NCBI GenBank assembly: GCA_963662465.1
Contig: OY759599.1
Coordinates: forward strand, 7,520,001-7,584,000
DNA: 64,000 nt
Source: Desulfatiglandales bacterium
Lineage (GTDB): Bacteria; Desulfobacterota; DSM-4660; Desulfatiglandales; Desulfatiglandaceae
Direction of reading: 5' to 3'
Shown here: piece by piece, positions 32,905 through 42,774 of the stretch
Layout of the letters: each line of letters begins with the position of its first letter
Position numbering within the stretch: position 1 is the first letter of the stretch
Program-made: the position numbers and the translations under genes
The notes under the pieces: generated by a model
The model's database searches: none
The model's input: only the letters and a program-made list of their open reading frames with translations
What the model was told of the DNA's origin: nothing

Positions 32905-33399
32905 ATGAAGAATAACGACAACCATCTCCGACTTTTTGTCTATGGAACCCTGAAAAAGGGATTCTGGAACTTTGACCTGTTCTGCACCCGGGCCATCAGT
33001 ATCGAACCCGCCACCACTTGGGGCAGGCTCTATCATTTGCCTGCCGGATTCCCGGCATTGGAAGTCCAGGAGAGCTGCATACTGGCCACCGGCACTGCCG
33101 ATCCGCTGGCCGATACCCGAACACAGAACACCATCGAGCTGCCGGAAAATGCCATGACTCGACCGGAAGGCGACTGGGATCTGGTCCACGGGGAGCTGAT
33201 GACCTTCGCCAATCCCGGCTTTGATCTGCCGCCCATCGATCTGCTGGAGGCATTCGATCCCAATGGCCGCTGTGTTTATAAGCGGGTTCTGGTGGCGGTG
33301 GCGTCGAACGACTTGAACAGGCCCGTTTGGCTGTACAATTACAAGCTCGGCCATGATGCGGAAAGGATTGCCTCAGGACGCTGGTATCCAGCAATATAA
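32905..33399 (+). CDS. Gamma-glutamylcyclotransferase family protein
   Basis: LFVYGTLK.G, G.LYHL..GFPAL, V.GEL and ID.LE. SD AAGGAG. Confidence 0.85.
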   Translation: MKNNDNHLRLFVYGTLKKGFWNFDLFCTRAISIEPATTWGRLYHLPAGFPALEVQESCILATGTADPLADTRTQNTIELPENAMTRPEGDWDLVHGELMTFANPGFDLPPIDLLEAFDPNGRCVYKRVLVAVASNDLNRPVWLYNYKLGHDAERIASGRWYPAI

Positions 33400-33430
33400 A
33401 ACGAAATCGTCTTAAATCGGCAAAGAACAT

Positions 33431-33459
33431 TTGACTTCTTGCTTTCATCTCAGTATATT
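33431..33459 (+). promoter_or_regulatory. Sigma-70-like promoter for the HTH-hsd operon
   Basis: TTGACT-N17-TATATT. Confidence 0.55.
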
Positions 33460-33561
33460 TGCAAGGTGAATTAAACTGGGAATGTTGTATTTGCAGCATT
33501 CCTTAACTGCCTCTGTTGAGGTCATGGCAAAAAGCAATAGCCCCCGAGAGGAGTATGAGAC

Positions 33562-33777
33562 ATGGCACAAGATGATCGCTGGTTGTCAGTGGGCGAAATA
33601 TGCAAATACCTTGGGATCGGTAAGGATACCGTCTACAAGTGGATCGATAAGCACGGCATGCCCGCTCATCGAATGGGCCGCCTGTGGAAATTCAAAAAAA
33701 ATCAGGTAGACGCTTGGGTTGAGGCTGGCGGCGCTGCTGCAGGCAATGAGCAACATGATAAAAACAAAGCCGACTAA
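33562..33777 (+). CDS. Excisionase-like helix-turn-helix (HTH_17) protein
   Basis: DRWLSV.EI..YLG...DTVYKWI....MPAHR.GRLWKFK...VD.W. Confidence 0.9.
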   Translation: MAQDDRWLSVGEICKYLGIGKDTVYKWIDKHGMPAHRMGRLWKFKKNQVDAWVEAGGAAAGNEQHDKNKAD

Positions 33778-33797
33778 CTTAAATCAGGAGTTTATAG

Positions 33798-35317
33798 ATG
33801 ACAAGTAACCAACAACGCGCCGCCCTGCAGCGCCAGATCTGGCAGATCGCCAATGATGTACGAGGCGCAGTGGATGGCTGGGATTTTAAGCAATATGTGT
33901 TCGGCACCCTGTTTTACCGCTTTATCAGTGAAAACTTTTCCAGCTACATCTATGCGGAACTGGACGATGGGGTGATTACCCCGGAAATCAAAGATGATGC
34001 CGTTAAAACCAAGGGTTACTTCATCTACCCCAGCCGGCTGTTCGCCAATATTGCCAAAGGCGCCAACACCAATGAGAGCTTGAACACCGATCTGGCCTCC
34101 ATATTTGCAGCCATTGAAAGCTCCGCCAATGGCTACCCATCGGAGCGTGACATCAAAGGGTTGTTTGCCGATTTCGACACCACCAGCAACTGCCTCGGCA
34201 ACACCGTTACCGACAAGAACACCCGTCTGGCCGCTGTACTCAAGGGCGTGGCCGGGCTGAACTTTGGTGATTTTCAAGGCAACCAGATCGACTTGTTTGG
34301 CGATGCCTACGAGTTTCTCATCTCAAACTACGCTGCCAACGCCGGTAAATCCGGGGGCGAGTTTTTCACCCCGCAGCATGTATCGAAGCTGATAGCCCAG
34401 CCGCCATGCACAAGCAAACCAGCGTCAATAAAATTTATGACCCGGCATGCGGTTCAGGTTCCCTGCTGCTGCAATCCAAGAAACATTTTGACGCCCATAT
34501 TATTGAAGAGGGATTTTTCGGTCAGGAGATCAACCACACCACCTACAACCTGGCGCGGATGAACATGTTTTTGCACAATATTAACTACGACAAGTTCAAT
34601 ATCCAACTGTGCAACACTTTGATCGACCCGCATTTCGGCGATGACAAACCCTTTGACGCCATCGTCTCCAATCCGCCGTATTCGGTGAAATGGATTGGCA
34701 GTGACGACCCGACGCTGATTAACGATGACCGCTTTGCCCCGGCCGGTGTACTCGCCCCCAAATCCAAGGCCGACTTTGCCTTTGTGCTGCACGCGCTAAG
34801 TTATCTTTCAAGCCGTGGCCGCGCTGCCATTGTCTGCTTTCCCGGTATTTTTTACCGAGGTGGCGCCGAGAAGAAAATCCGCCAGTATCTGGTGGATAAC
34901 AACTATGTGGAGACCGTAATATCACTTGCGCCCAACCTCTTTTTCGGCACCACCATCGCCGTCAATATTCTGGTGCTCTCCAAACACAAAACCGACACCA
35001 CCACCCAGTTTATTGATGCCAGCGGGCTGTTCAAGAAAGAGACCAATAACAACATCCTTACAGAAGCGCACATTGAACAGATCATGCAGGCGTTCGACAG
35101 CAAAGAGAAGGCAGAGCACTTTACCCAGTCCGTCGATAACGACAAAATCGCCGAAAACGACTACAACCTCTCCGTCAGCAGCTATGTGGAAGCCAAAGAC
35201 ACCCGCGAGGTGATTGATATTACAAAGCTCAATGCCGAGCTGAAAACCACCGTCGCCAGGATTGATGAGCTTCGAAAAGATATTGACAATATTGTGGCGG
35301 AAATCGAGGGGGCGTAA
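33798..35317 (+). pseudogene. hsdM: Type I R-M methyltransferase subunit, frameshifted near 34400
   Basis: N-terminal half (GEFFTP) and C-terminal half (DPACGSG, NPPY) lie in different frames. Confidence 0.9.
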
Positions 35318-35319
35318 GG

Positions 35320-35355
35320 GGAACCACAGATGGACACAGATACACACAGATTGAA
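35320..35355. repeat. Decamer tandem repeat (CACAGAT core x3)
   Basis: ggaaccacagat ggacacagat acacacagat tgaa; a sister array lies at 36475-36510. Confidence 0.85.
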
Positions 35356-35403
35356 GTTTAATCCCGTCGAATCCGGCGGGTTTGAAATACGGAGTACAAA
35401 CCG

Positions 35404-35868
35404 ATGGCTAAAAATAAGAAAATACATGTTCAGGGCAGCGAAATAACAGTCTTTCATGCCGAAAAACAGGACTACATTTCGTTAACCGACATCGCAAAAA
35501 CCAAGGAAGGCGATGGACGAGCAGCAGATATAATAAAAAACTGGATTCGAAATAGAGGAACTATTGAGTTTATTGGCACCTGGGAGCAGTTATACAACCC
35601 GAACTTTAAAGTGGTCGAATTCGACCACTTTAGAATGAATGCCGGCTTAACATCTTTTGTTTTAAGTCCTGGGAAATGGGTTGAAAAAACCGATGCAATC
35701 GGGATTTTTGTCAAAGGTGGCAGATATGGAGGCACCTATGCCCACTTAATCCAGCAGGACTTACCCCAGGGAGAACGATTGAAACTGCTGAACCAGACCG
35801 CCATCCAGCAGATGCGCCTGCTGACTGAAGATAACCGCATTAAAAAGCTGGAGGAGGGAGATAGATGA
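35404..35868 (+). CDS. KilA-N domain protein (probably internally deleted)
   Basis: DYISLTDIAK, I.NW.RNR.TIEF.G.WE.LYNP.F and GRYGGTYAH. Confidence 0.8.
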   Translation: MAKNKKIHVQGSEITVFHAEKQDYISLTDIAKTKEGDGRAADIIKNWIRNRGTIEFIGTWEQLYNPNFKVVEFDHFRMNAGLTSFVLSPGKWVEKTDAIGIFVKGGRYGGTYAHLIQQDLPQGERLKLLNQTAIQQMRLLTEDNRIKKLEEGDR

Positions 35869-36470
35869 ACCTGGAAAATAAACTGGGTATCACCAATCAG
35901 GTTGAACTGGCCAGGGTCGAAGAAAAAATCAGCAAACAAAAAGCCCGCCAGCTTTTTGATACGGGCGACATTGATCAGGTAACCGTCGGAACCTTTGAAG
36001 GACTGGCCTTCATTCATACCTTTCTGTTTGGGGATATTTATCATTTTGCCGGCAAGATTCGCGAGGCAAATATTGCCAAGGGCAACTTCCGTTTTGCACC
36101 GGTGATGTATTTGGAAGCATCCCTGAACCACATCGATTCCATGCCGCAAAGCAACGTGGATGAAATCATCGAAAAATATGTCGAGATGAACATCGCCCAC
36201 CCCTTTCGGGAAGGCAACGGCCGCGCCACCCGCATCTGGCTGGATCTCATGTTGAAACAGGAGATCCGGAAGATCATCGACTGGAACCAGGTTGATAAAG
36301 CGGAATACCTCTCCGCCATGGAGCGCAGCCCGGTAAAAGATGTGGAAATCAAGGTGCTGCTGAAAAGTGCGCTGACCGACCGGATCGATGACCGCGCTCT
36401 GTTCATGAAAGGCATTGACGTCAGCTACTTCTATGAAGGCTATAGCGAATTTAAAACCGAGGAGCTGTAG
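35865..36470 (+). CDS. fic: Fic family protein adenylyltransferase
   Basis: HPFREGNGR motif, with C-terminal GIDVSYFYEG. Confidence 0.92.
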   Translation: MNLENKLGITNQVELARVEEKISKQKARQLFDTGDIDQVTVGTFEGLAFIHTFLFGDIYHFAGKIREANIAKGNFRFAPVMYLEASLNHIDSMPQSNVDEIIEKYVEMNIAHPFREGNGRATRIWLDLMLKQEIRKIIDWNQVDKAEYLSAMERSPVKDVEIKVLLKSALTDRIDDRALFMKGIDVSYFYEGYSEFKTEEL

Positions 36471-36472
36471 CA

Positions 36473-37690
36473 ATGGAACCACAGATAACCACAGATGGAC
36501 ACGGATTGAATTCGTTTATGGAAAAACTGCTGGATGGTGTTGAGGTGAAGTGGATTGCGTTGGGGAATGACAACTTTGTTGAGGTGGCAAATAGTGGACG
36601 AAAGCCTGTAAAAGCATCTCTACGTGTGGCCGGAGAAACGCCATATTACGGTGCGAACAATATTCAGGACTATGTCGATGGCCATACTCACGATGGCGAG
36701 TACGTTCTTATCGCTGAGGACGGATCAGCAAGCCTTGAAAACTATTCAATTCAATATGCAACCGGAAAGTTTTGGGCTAACAATCATGTTCATGTTGTAC
36801 GTGGGAAATCCAGATTGAACACAAGGTTTCTGTTTCATTATTTAAGCATCGTTAGTTTCATCCCATTTCTATCAGGTGGTGGTAGAGCAAAGCTGACAAA
36901 AGGGAAGATGGTAGAAGTCAAAATCCCCATCCCGTGCCCGGAGAACCCGAAAAAATCGTTGGAAATTCAGACCGAAATCGTCCGCATTCTGGACAAATTC
37001 ACCGAGCTTACAGCGGAGCTTACAGCTCGCAAAAAACAATACAACTACTATCGCGACCAGTTTTTGAGTTTTGAAGAAGGTGAAGTGGAATGGAAGACGT
37101 TGGGGGAACTATGCGTAATTGGGGATGGTCTTCATGGCACTCCAGCATACGACGATAATGGGGATTATTATTTTATAAACGGAAACAATTTAGAAAATGG
37201 AAAAATAGTCTTTACTGAAAAGACAAAAAAAGTGAATGACTCGATGTTTGAAAAGCATGGAATTGTTTTTACGGCTAAAAACACTGTTTTTTTATCTATA
37301 AATGGTACAATTGGTAATGTTTCATTTTATGAAAATGAAAAGATTGTTCTTGGGAAATCTGTTGCCTTTTTTAAAATTGAATCATCATCACTCCAATTAA
37401 GATATCTATTCTATTTTCTGCAAACAGATTTTGCTAAAAGATATTTTGAGTCGAATAAAACGGGCTCGACAATTAAAAACTTAGGTTTAAAAGCCTTGAG
37501 AGCATTTGAAATTCCAATCCCACTCATAGCAGAACAAGCCCGCATCGTCGCCATTCTGGACAAATTCGACGCTCTCACCACCTCCCTCACCGAAGGTCTG
37601 CCCCGTGAGATTGAACTGCGCCAGAAGCAATACGAGTATTACCGCGATTTGCTGTTGAGCTTCCCCAGGCCGGAGGAGATTGATGTCTGA
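36473..37690 (+). CDS. hsdS: Type I R-M specificity subunit
   Basis: Two TRDs with conserved spacers IPIP...Q.EIV.ILDKF and LP.EIELRQKQYEYYRD. The start could be 36518. Confidence 0.93.
   Translation: MEPQITTDGHGLNSFMEKLLDGVEVKWIALGNDNFVEVANSGRKPVKASLRVAGETPYYGANNIQDYVDGHTHDGEYVLIAEDGSASLENYSIQYATGKFWANNHVHVVRGKSRLNTRFLFHYLSIVSFIPFLSGGGRAKLTKGKMVEVKIPIPCPENPKKSLEIQTEIVRILDKFTELTAELTARKKQYNYYRDQFLSFEEGEVEWKTLGELCVIGDGLHGTPAYDDNGDYYFINGNNLENGKIVFTEKTKKVNDSMFEKHGIVFTAKNTVFLSINGTIGNVSFYENEKIVLGKSVAFFKIESSSLQLRYLFYFLQTDFAKRYFESNKTGSTIKNLGLKALRAFEIPIPLIAEQARIVAILDKFDALTTSLTEGLPREIELRQKQYEYYRDLLLSFPRPEEIDV
36475..36510. repeat. Decamer tandem repeat (CAC[A/G]GAT core x3)
   Basis: ggaaccacagat aaccacagat ggacacggat tgaa. 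Confidence 0.85.
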
Positions 37691-38333
37691 TTTGATCCCT
37701 AAACACGGCGGTTACCGCAAACTGAAGAGCTTTCAGGTGGCGCAGTTGGTGTATGACATCACCGTGCGCTTTTGCGACCGCTATGTGGATCGATTCAGCC
37801 GTACAAAAGACCAAATGGTGCAGGCGGCACGGTCGGGCGTGCAGAACATTGCGGAGGGCTCGCAGGCATCCGCAACTTCGAAAAAGACGGAGCTCAAACT
37901 GACCCAGGTGGCGCGGGCGAGCCTGGAAGAGTTGAAGCTGGATTATGAGGATTTTTTGCGGCAAAGGGAGCTGGCGATGCTGGAGCCGAATCATCCAGTG
38001 CTGAAGCACTTCAAAGAGCGGAAACCATCAACGGTTAATGAGTTTGCAGCGTGGGTGGCGGAAGAGCACCGGAGAAGTTTAGACGCACACGGACGAGCAA
38101 AGATGCACACTGACGATCAGAAGGAAAAGGAAAGGTCTGTGTCTGTCGGTGCATGTCCGTGTCAGTCCTTAAGCTCTTCTTGTTTGGCAGCCAACGGTGC
38201 ACTTTCTCTTCTTAATCTTGCCTGCTATCTCCTCGACCGCCAGGTCGAACGGCTGGCACAGGATTTTGAAAACAAGGGCGGTTTCACCGAGCGCCTTTAT
38301 CGCGTACGCAGCGAAAAGCGGAGGAATAAATGA
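37683..38333 (+). CDS. Four-helix-bundle (23S rRNA IVP-like) protein with suffix domain
   Basis: GGYRKL..FQ, RT.DQMVQAARSG.QNIAEGS, ARASLEEL..DYED and F...GGF.ERLY. Confidence 0.88.
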   Translation: MSDLIPKHGGYRKLKSFQVAQLVYDITVRFCDRYVDRFSRTKDQMVQAARSGVQNIAEGSQASATSKKTELKLTQVARASLEELKLDYEDFLRQRELAMLEPNHPVLKHFKERKPSTVNEFAAWVAEEHRRSLDAHGRAKMHTDDQKEKERSVSVGACPCQSLSSSCLAANGALSLLNLACYLLDRQVERLAQDFENKGGFTERLYRVRSEKRRNK

Positions 38334-39394
38334 TTGAACCTAACCAGCGCAAACTGACACCCCGGGATGAGGTGACCGACTTTCTACTTTACACCGCGCC
38401 GGATGGCCAGGTGAAGGTGGAGTGCATCCTGCGCGACGAGACCATCTGGCTGACACAGGAGCGAATAGCCGAACTTTTCGGCGTGCAACGTCCGGCTATT
38501 ACCAAGCATCTGAAGAATATCTTTGAGTCCGGTGAACTGGAGGAAAACATGGTTAGTTCCATTTTGGAACATACCACTCAGCACGGGGCCATTGAGGGGA
38601 AGACCCAGACTCGGTCCGTCAAATTCTACAATCTGGATGCCATTATCTCAGTCGGCTACCGGGTAAATTCCTCGAAAGCCACCCAATTCCGTATCTGGGC
38701 GACGAAACTGTTGAAGGAATACATCACCAAAGGCTTCGCCATGGATGATGAGCGGCTGAAGAACGGTCGTTATTTCGGCAAGGACTACTTTCGTGAGCTG
38801 CTTGAGCGTGTTCGTTCCATCCGTGCTTCCGAACGTCGGATTTACCAACAGATCACCGATATTTTTGCCGAGTGCAGCATCGATTATGATCCAAGGTCGG
38901 AAACGACTCAGAATTTCTACGCCCATGTGCAGGATAAATTTCACTACGCCATCACGGGGCATACCGCTGCTGAAATCATTTATCTGAATGCCGACGCCGA
39001 AAAACCGCTGATGGGGATGATGACCTACAAGAACGCACCAAATGGACGTGTGCTCAAATCAGATACCACCATTGGCAAAAATTATCTGCAGGAAGATGAG
39101 ATTAAAAAACTGGAACGGACTGTTACCGCGTTCTTCGACTACATCGAGCGGATCATTGAAAACCGCACCACCTTCACCATGGAAAGCTTTGCCGAAAGCG
39201 TGAACCGCTTTCTGGAATTTAACGAATATAAAATCCTTGAAGGCTATGGTTCCGTCTCCCGCAAAAAGGCCGAAGCAAAGGCATTTGCTGAATACGACAA
39301 GTTCAACAAAACTCAGCGCATCGAATCCGACTTCGACAAAGCTGTTAAACAGATAGAGGCCTCATCAAGGAATAAGGGGGATATCAATGATTGA
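38330..39394 (+). CDS. Virulence RhuM family protein
   Basis: [34 protein letters not shown] and IRASERR.YQ. Confidence 0.92.
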   Translation: MIEPNQRKLTPRDEVTDFLLYTAPDGQVKVECILRDETIWLTQERIAELFGVQRPAITKHLKNIFESGELEENMVSSILEHTTQHGAIEGKTQTRSVKFYNLDAIISVGYRVNSSKATQFRIWATKLLKEYITKGFAMDDERLKNGRYFGKDYFRELLERVRSIRASERRIYQQITDIFAECSIDYDPRSETTQNFYAHVQDKFHYAITGHTAAEIIYLNADAEKPLMGMMTYKNAPNGRVLKSDTTIGKNYLQEDEIKKLERTVTAFFDYIERIIENRTTFTMESFAESVNRFLEFNEYKILEGYGSVSRKKAEAKAFAEYDKFNKTQRIESDFDKAVKQIEASSRNKGDIND

Positions 39395-40528
39395 ATACAC
39401 CAAGCCAATTGCGGAATCCAAAAACTTCATTGTTTTAGATAAATACACCCAGGAGTGGAAGGTCTGTGAAAACGGTCAAGGATACCAAAGCGAAAATGAT
39501 TTAGAGCAGGAATTTATCCGTGACCTGCAAAATCGGAGCAGGCGACCATTGATGCCATTACGCTCTTTGGCGATAAAAACACCAAAAACGTGGTATTGGA
39601 GAAAGGCTATAAAGAATACATGGAAGGCTTTACTGATGTAGCAACCGGTGAAGCCCGACGCGGCTATATGGAGGTGGTAACAGAATTACAGCGGCGCTTC
39701 CCCAACCCGGATGAGATTGAAAAAGAAGCGGATAAAAAAGCCTTTGCTAAACTGTTTGGCGAATATTTGCGGGTGGAGAATGTGCTGCAAAACTACGATG
39801 AATTTGCCAGTCTGAAAGCCTTACAAAGCGTTGACATGACCGACTATGAAGCTGTTGAGGCGTTTAAAGCCCAGCATTATGTAACCGATGAAGATTTGCA
39901 GGCTATGCAGGAGATTGAGATACCTCCTGAGCGACAAATTCAGGATTACCGTTCCACATACAACGACATCCGCGACTGGCTGCGCCATGAAAAAGCAAGT
40001 GCGGACAAAGCCGAGTCAAAAATCGATTGGGATGATGTGGTTTTTGAAGTGGATCTGCTTAAATCGCAAGAGATCAACCTTGACTACATTCTGGAGCTGA
40101 TTTTTGAACACCACAAGAAGACCAGAAGCAAAACCGAGCTGGTTGACGAGGTACGCCGGGTGATTCGCGCCAGCCTCGGTAACCGCGCAAAAGAGAGTCT
40201 GCTGGTTGATTTTATTAACCAAACCGACCTTGATCAGGTTCGCGATAAGGCCAGTGTGATTGATGCCTTTTTTGCCTTTGCCCAGGCGGAGCAAAAACGA
40301 GAAGCCGAAGAATTAATCGGCTCTGAAGGTTTGAATGAAGATGCTGCAAAGCGTTATCTTGTCACCTCGTTAAAGCGGGAGTTTGCCAGTGACAATGGCA
40401 CAGAGCTCAATGCCATCCTGCCTAAGATGAGCCCGTTAAATCCGCAATATCTCCCAAAAAAGCAGAGTGTGTTTCAAAAGATAGCCGCTTTTGTTGAGAA
40501 GTTTAAGGGTGTGGGGGGCGAGGTTTAA
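39387..40528 (+). pseudogene. hsdR: Type I R-M endonuclease subunit with most of the gene deleted
   Basis: N-terminus YQSE.DLE.EFI.DL is joined near 39535 to the C-terminal region ([10 protein letters not shown]...[14 protein letters not shown]). The nuclease and helicase core is missing. Confidence 0.88.
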
Positions 40529-40635
40529 TGCATATAGAGGTGAGGTGATAAGACATTGCTTTTTTTCGGCAACGAGCATGGAGAAAATAAGATTGTGGGC
40601 CAAGAAAAGCAACCCCAACATGCTTGGTATTGTTA

Positions 40636-41409
40636 TCAATCGATAGGAATTTCATCCACCAGATGGTTGTGAAGTGACAGTCCCGCATCCACTTTCAATA
40701 CCGTCCCGGTTGTAAAATGCGAAAAGAAATCTGATGCGAGATACACGACGGCACGCCCCACGTACTTGGCGGGAATGGAGGTGTGATGAAGGGGCGTGAA
40801 GTGATGGGCCGCGGGTGCTGTTTCATCATCGCCCAACACATAACCCGGTGCCACCGCGTTGACCCGGATGCCGTATTTTGCCAGATCCAGGGCCAGTTCC
40901 TTGACAACCATGCCGATGGCGCCTTTGGTGGCGCTGTAAGCCGGGTATCTTCTCACCGTCCACTGATGAACCGAACTCATGAAGATGATGGAACCGGAGA
41001 TCTTCCGGCTGACCATCAGGTCCCCCACAAGCTTCGTGAGATACATGGGGCCGAAGAGATTGGTTTGAAATATCCGGTGCCACTCGGCCGGATTCAACCC
41101 ATTCAGGGCCACCGTCGTGGATGGGATCCCCACATTGTTCACCAGAACATCGATGCCCCCATGGTCTTCGATCAACGCATGCACAAGATGATCCGTGCTC
41201 CCGGTGTCCGTGATGTCCGAAACAAATCCCTTGCCACCATTGAGACCTTCAAGCCGGCGCTCCAAACGCTTCACGGCCCCGTCATCGATATCCGTAAAGT
41301 AAACCCTGGCCCCCTGTTTGGCCATTTCAATGGCCGTGGCCCGGCCGATGTTGGCCCCGGCCCCGGTAACCAGAACCCGTTTCCCCTCTAATAATGAATG
41401 ATGATCCAT
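40636..41409 (-). CDS. SDR family oxidoreductase
   Basis: VTGAGANIG, VNNVG, YSATK and VNAVAPG. Confidence 0.92.
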   Translation of the reverse strand: MDHHSLLEGKRVLVTGAGANIGRATAIEMAKQGARVYFTDIDDGAVKRLERRLEGLNGGKGFVSDITDTGSTDHLVHALIEDHGGIDVLVNNVGIPSTTVALNGLNPAEWHRIFQTNLFGPMYLTKLVGDLMVSRKISGSIIFMSSVHQWTVRRYPAYSATKGAIGMVVKELALDLAKYGIRVNAVAPGYVLGDDETAPAAHHFTPLHHTSIPAKYVGRAVVYLASDFFSHFTTGTVLKVDAGLSLHNHLVDEIPID

Positions 41410-41424
41410 GCGATCCTCCGGTCT

Positions 41425-42774
41425 TCAGACAATCCCTTTGTTTTTCCATCTGCCGCTCAAATAGTACACATATGCCGTGGCGCCCGCCAGAACGTAGCTC
41501 ATCGCCAGGCCATACCAGATCCCTTCCAGCCCAAAGAAGTGCCTGAACACAAAAATGCCCGCCACCCGCCAGGCCCATATTCCCATCACCGCGATGATCA
41601 TGCCCGCGAAATTGGCCCCCACCCCGGAAAAAAAGCTGTCCAGAATATTCATCACAACGAGAAAGAAGAGGGGAATGGCGACGATCCGGAGAAGTTCCGC
41701 GCCGCAGGCAATGGTGGCATGGGCATCCGATGACAGAAAACAGAGCATAATGCCCCTTGGAAAGAGTAGCGACGCAACCACAATGACCGATGTATACAGC
41801 AGGCAGATCTTCAAGCCCTCGACCAACCCCTGCCTGACCCGGTCGACGCTGTGGGCCCCCATGTTCTGCCCCGCCACAACGGATACACCGGCCCCAATGG
41901 CCCACGAGACGTAAAGGACGAGGTTGGTCACCGACGTGACGGCCCCGTAAGCCGCCACGGGTCCGGCGCCATATTGATTCACGAACACCTGGACCACCAG
42001 GACCCCTGAACTCGTCGCGACATTCTTGCCCCCCGATGACATGCCGAGCCTCAGGATCTGTTTCGTCACCCCCCAATCCGGTCTGAAGATGTCCTTAAGG
42101 GATGTATGAAGCACATGCGCTTTTTTTTGATACAGATAGAGCGCCACCACAAATCCCACAAACAGGGAGATGAGATAAGAATAGGCGGCCCCCGTCACTT
42201 CCAGCCTGGGAAACGGAAAAATCCCCAACATCAGGAATGGATCCAGGGCAGCGTTCACGCAAACGCTGACCCCTGAATAGATCAACGGCGTCAGGGAATC
42301 CCCGATGGCAAAAAACATGAAACCCACCAGGACCTGGATGAACAGGAAGAGAAATCCGATGCTGGTGATGGAGAGGTAGGTATTCGTTAAAGTGAGAATC
42401 GCCTCCGGCGTGTGCATCAAGCGCAGAAGCCATTCTCCGAACAGGAAAATGGCCCCGGTGGCCAGGATGGCACAGGCCCCCAAAAGCAGAAACGCGCTAG
42501 ATGCCGCCTTTTTTAATTGCCCCGTTTTATGGGCGCCGAAGTACTGGGAGATGACCGTGCCGGTTCCGATGGTCAGGCCCATGGAAAACGAGGAAATGAC
42601 CACCAGGATCACGGCCGCAATGGACAGGGCGCCCAGGGCGCTGTCCCCCAGGAACTTCCCGGCCCAGATCCGGTTCAACGTGAGATTCACGAGCTGAAGG
42701 ACGTTGCTCACCAGGAGCGGCCAGGAAAACACCAGGATTTGCTTCCGAATGTTCCCGGCCGTGAGGTCTTTCAT
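41425..42774 (-). CDS. MATE family efflux transporter
   Basis: MKDLT.GNI, multiple TM segments, SQYFGA, GDS.TPL and GQN.GA. Confidence 0.92.
   Translation of the reverse strand: MKDLTAGNIRKQILVFSWPLLVSNVLQLVNLTLNRIWAGKFLGDSALGALSIAAVILVVISSFSMGLTIGTGTVISQYFGAHKTGQLKKAASSAFLLLGACAILATGAIFLFGEWLLRLMHTPEAILTLTNTYLSITSIGFLFLFIQVLVGFMFFAIGDSLTPLIYSGVSVCVNAALDPFLMLGIFPFPRLEVTGAAYSYLISLFVGFVVALYLYQKKAHVLHTSLKDIFRPDWGVTKQILRLGMSSGGKNVATSSGVLVVQVFVNQYGAGPVAAYGAVTSVTNLVLYVSWAIGAGVSVVAGQNMGAHSVDRVRQGLVEGLKICLLYTSVIVVASLLFPRGIMLCFLSSDAHATIACGAELLRIVAIPLFFLVVMNILDSFFSGVGANFAGMIIAVMGIWAWRVAGIFVFRHFFGLEGIWYGLAMSYVLAGATAYVYYLSGRWKNKGIV

Noticed and set aside
37683..38333. Diversity-generating retroelement (Avd-like fold)
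   Set aside because: The window has no reverse transcriptase and no TR/VR pair with adenine-specific differences.
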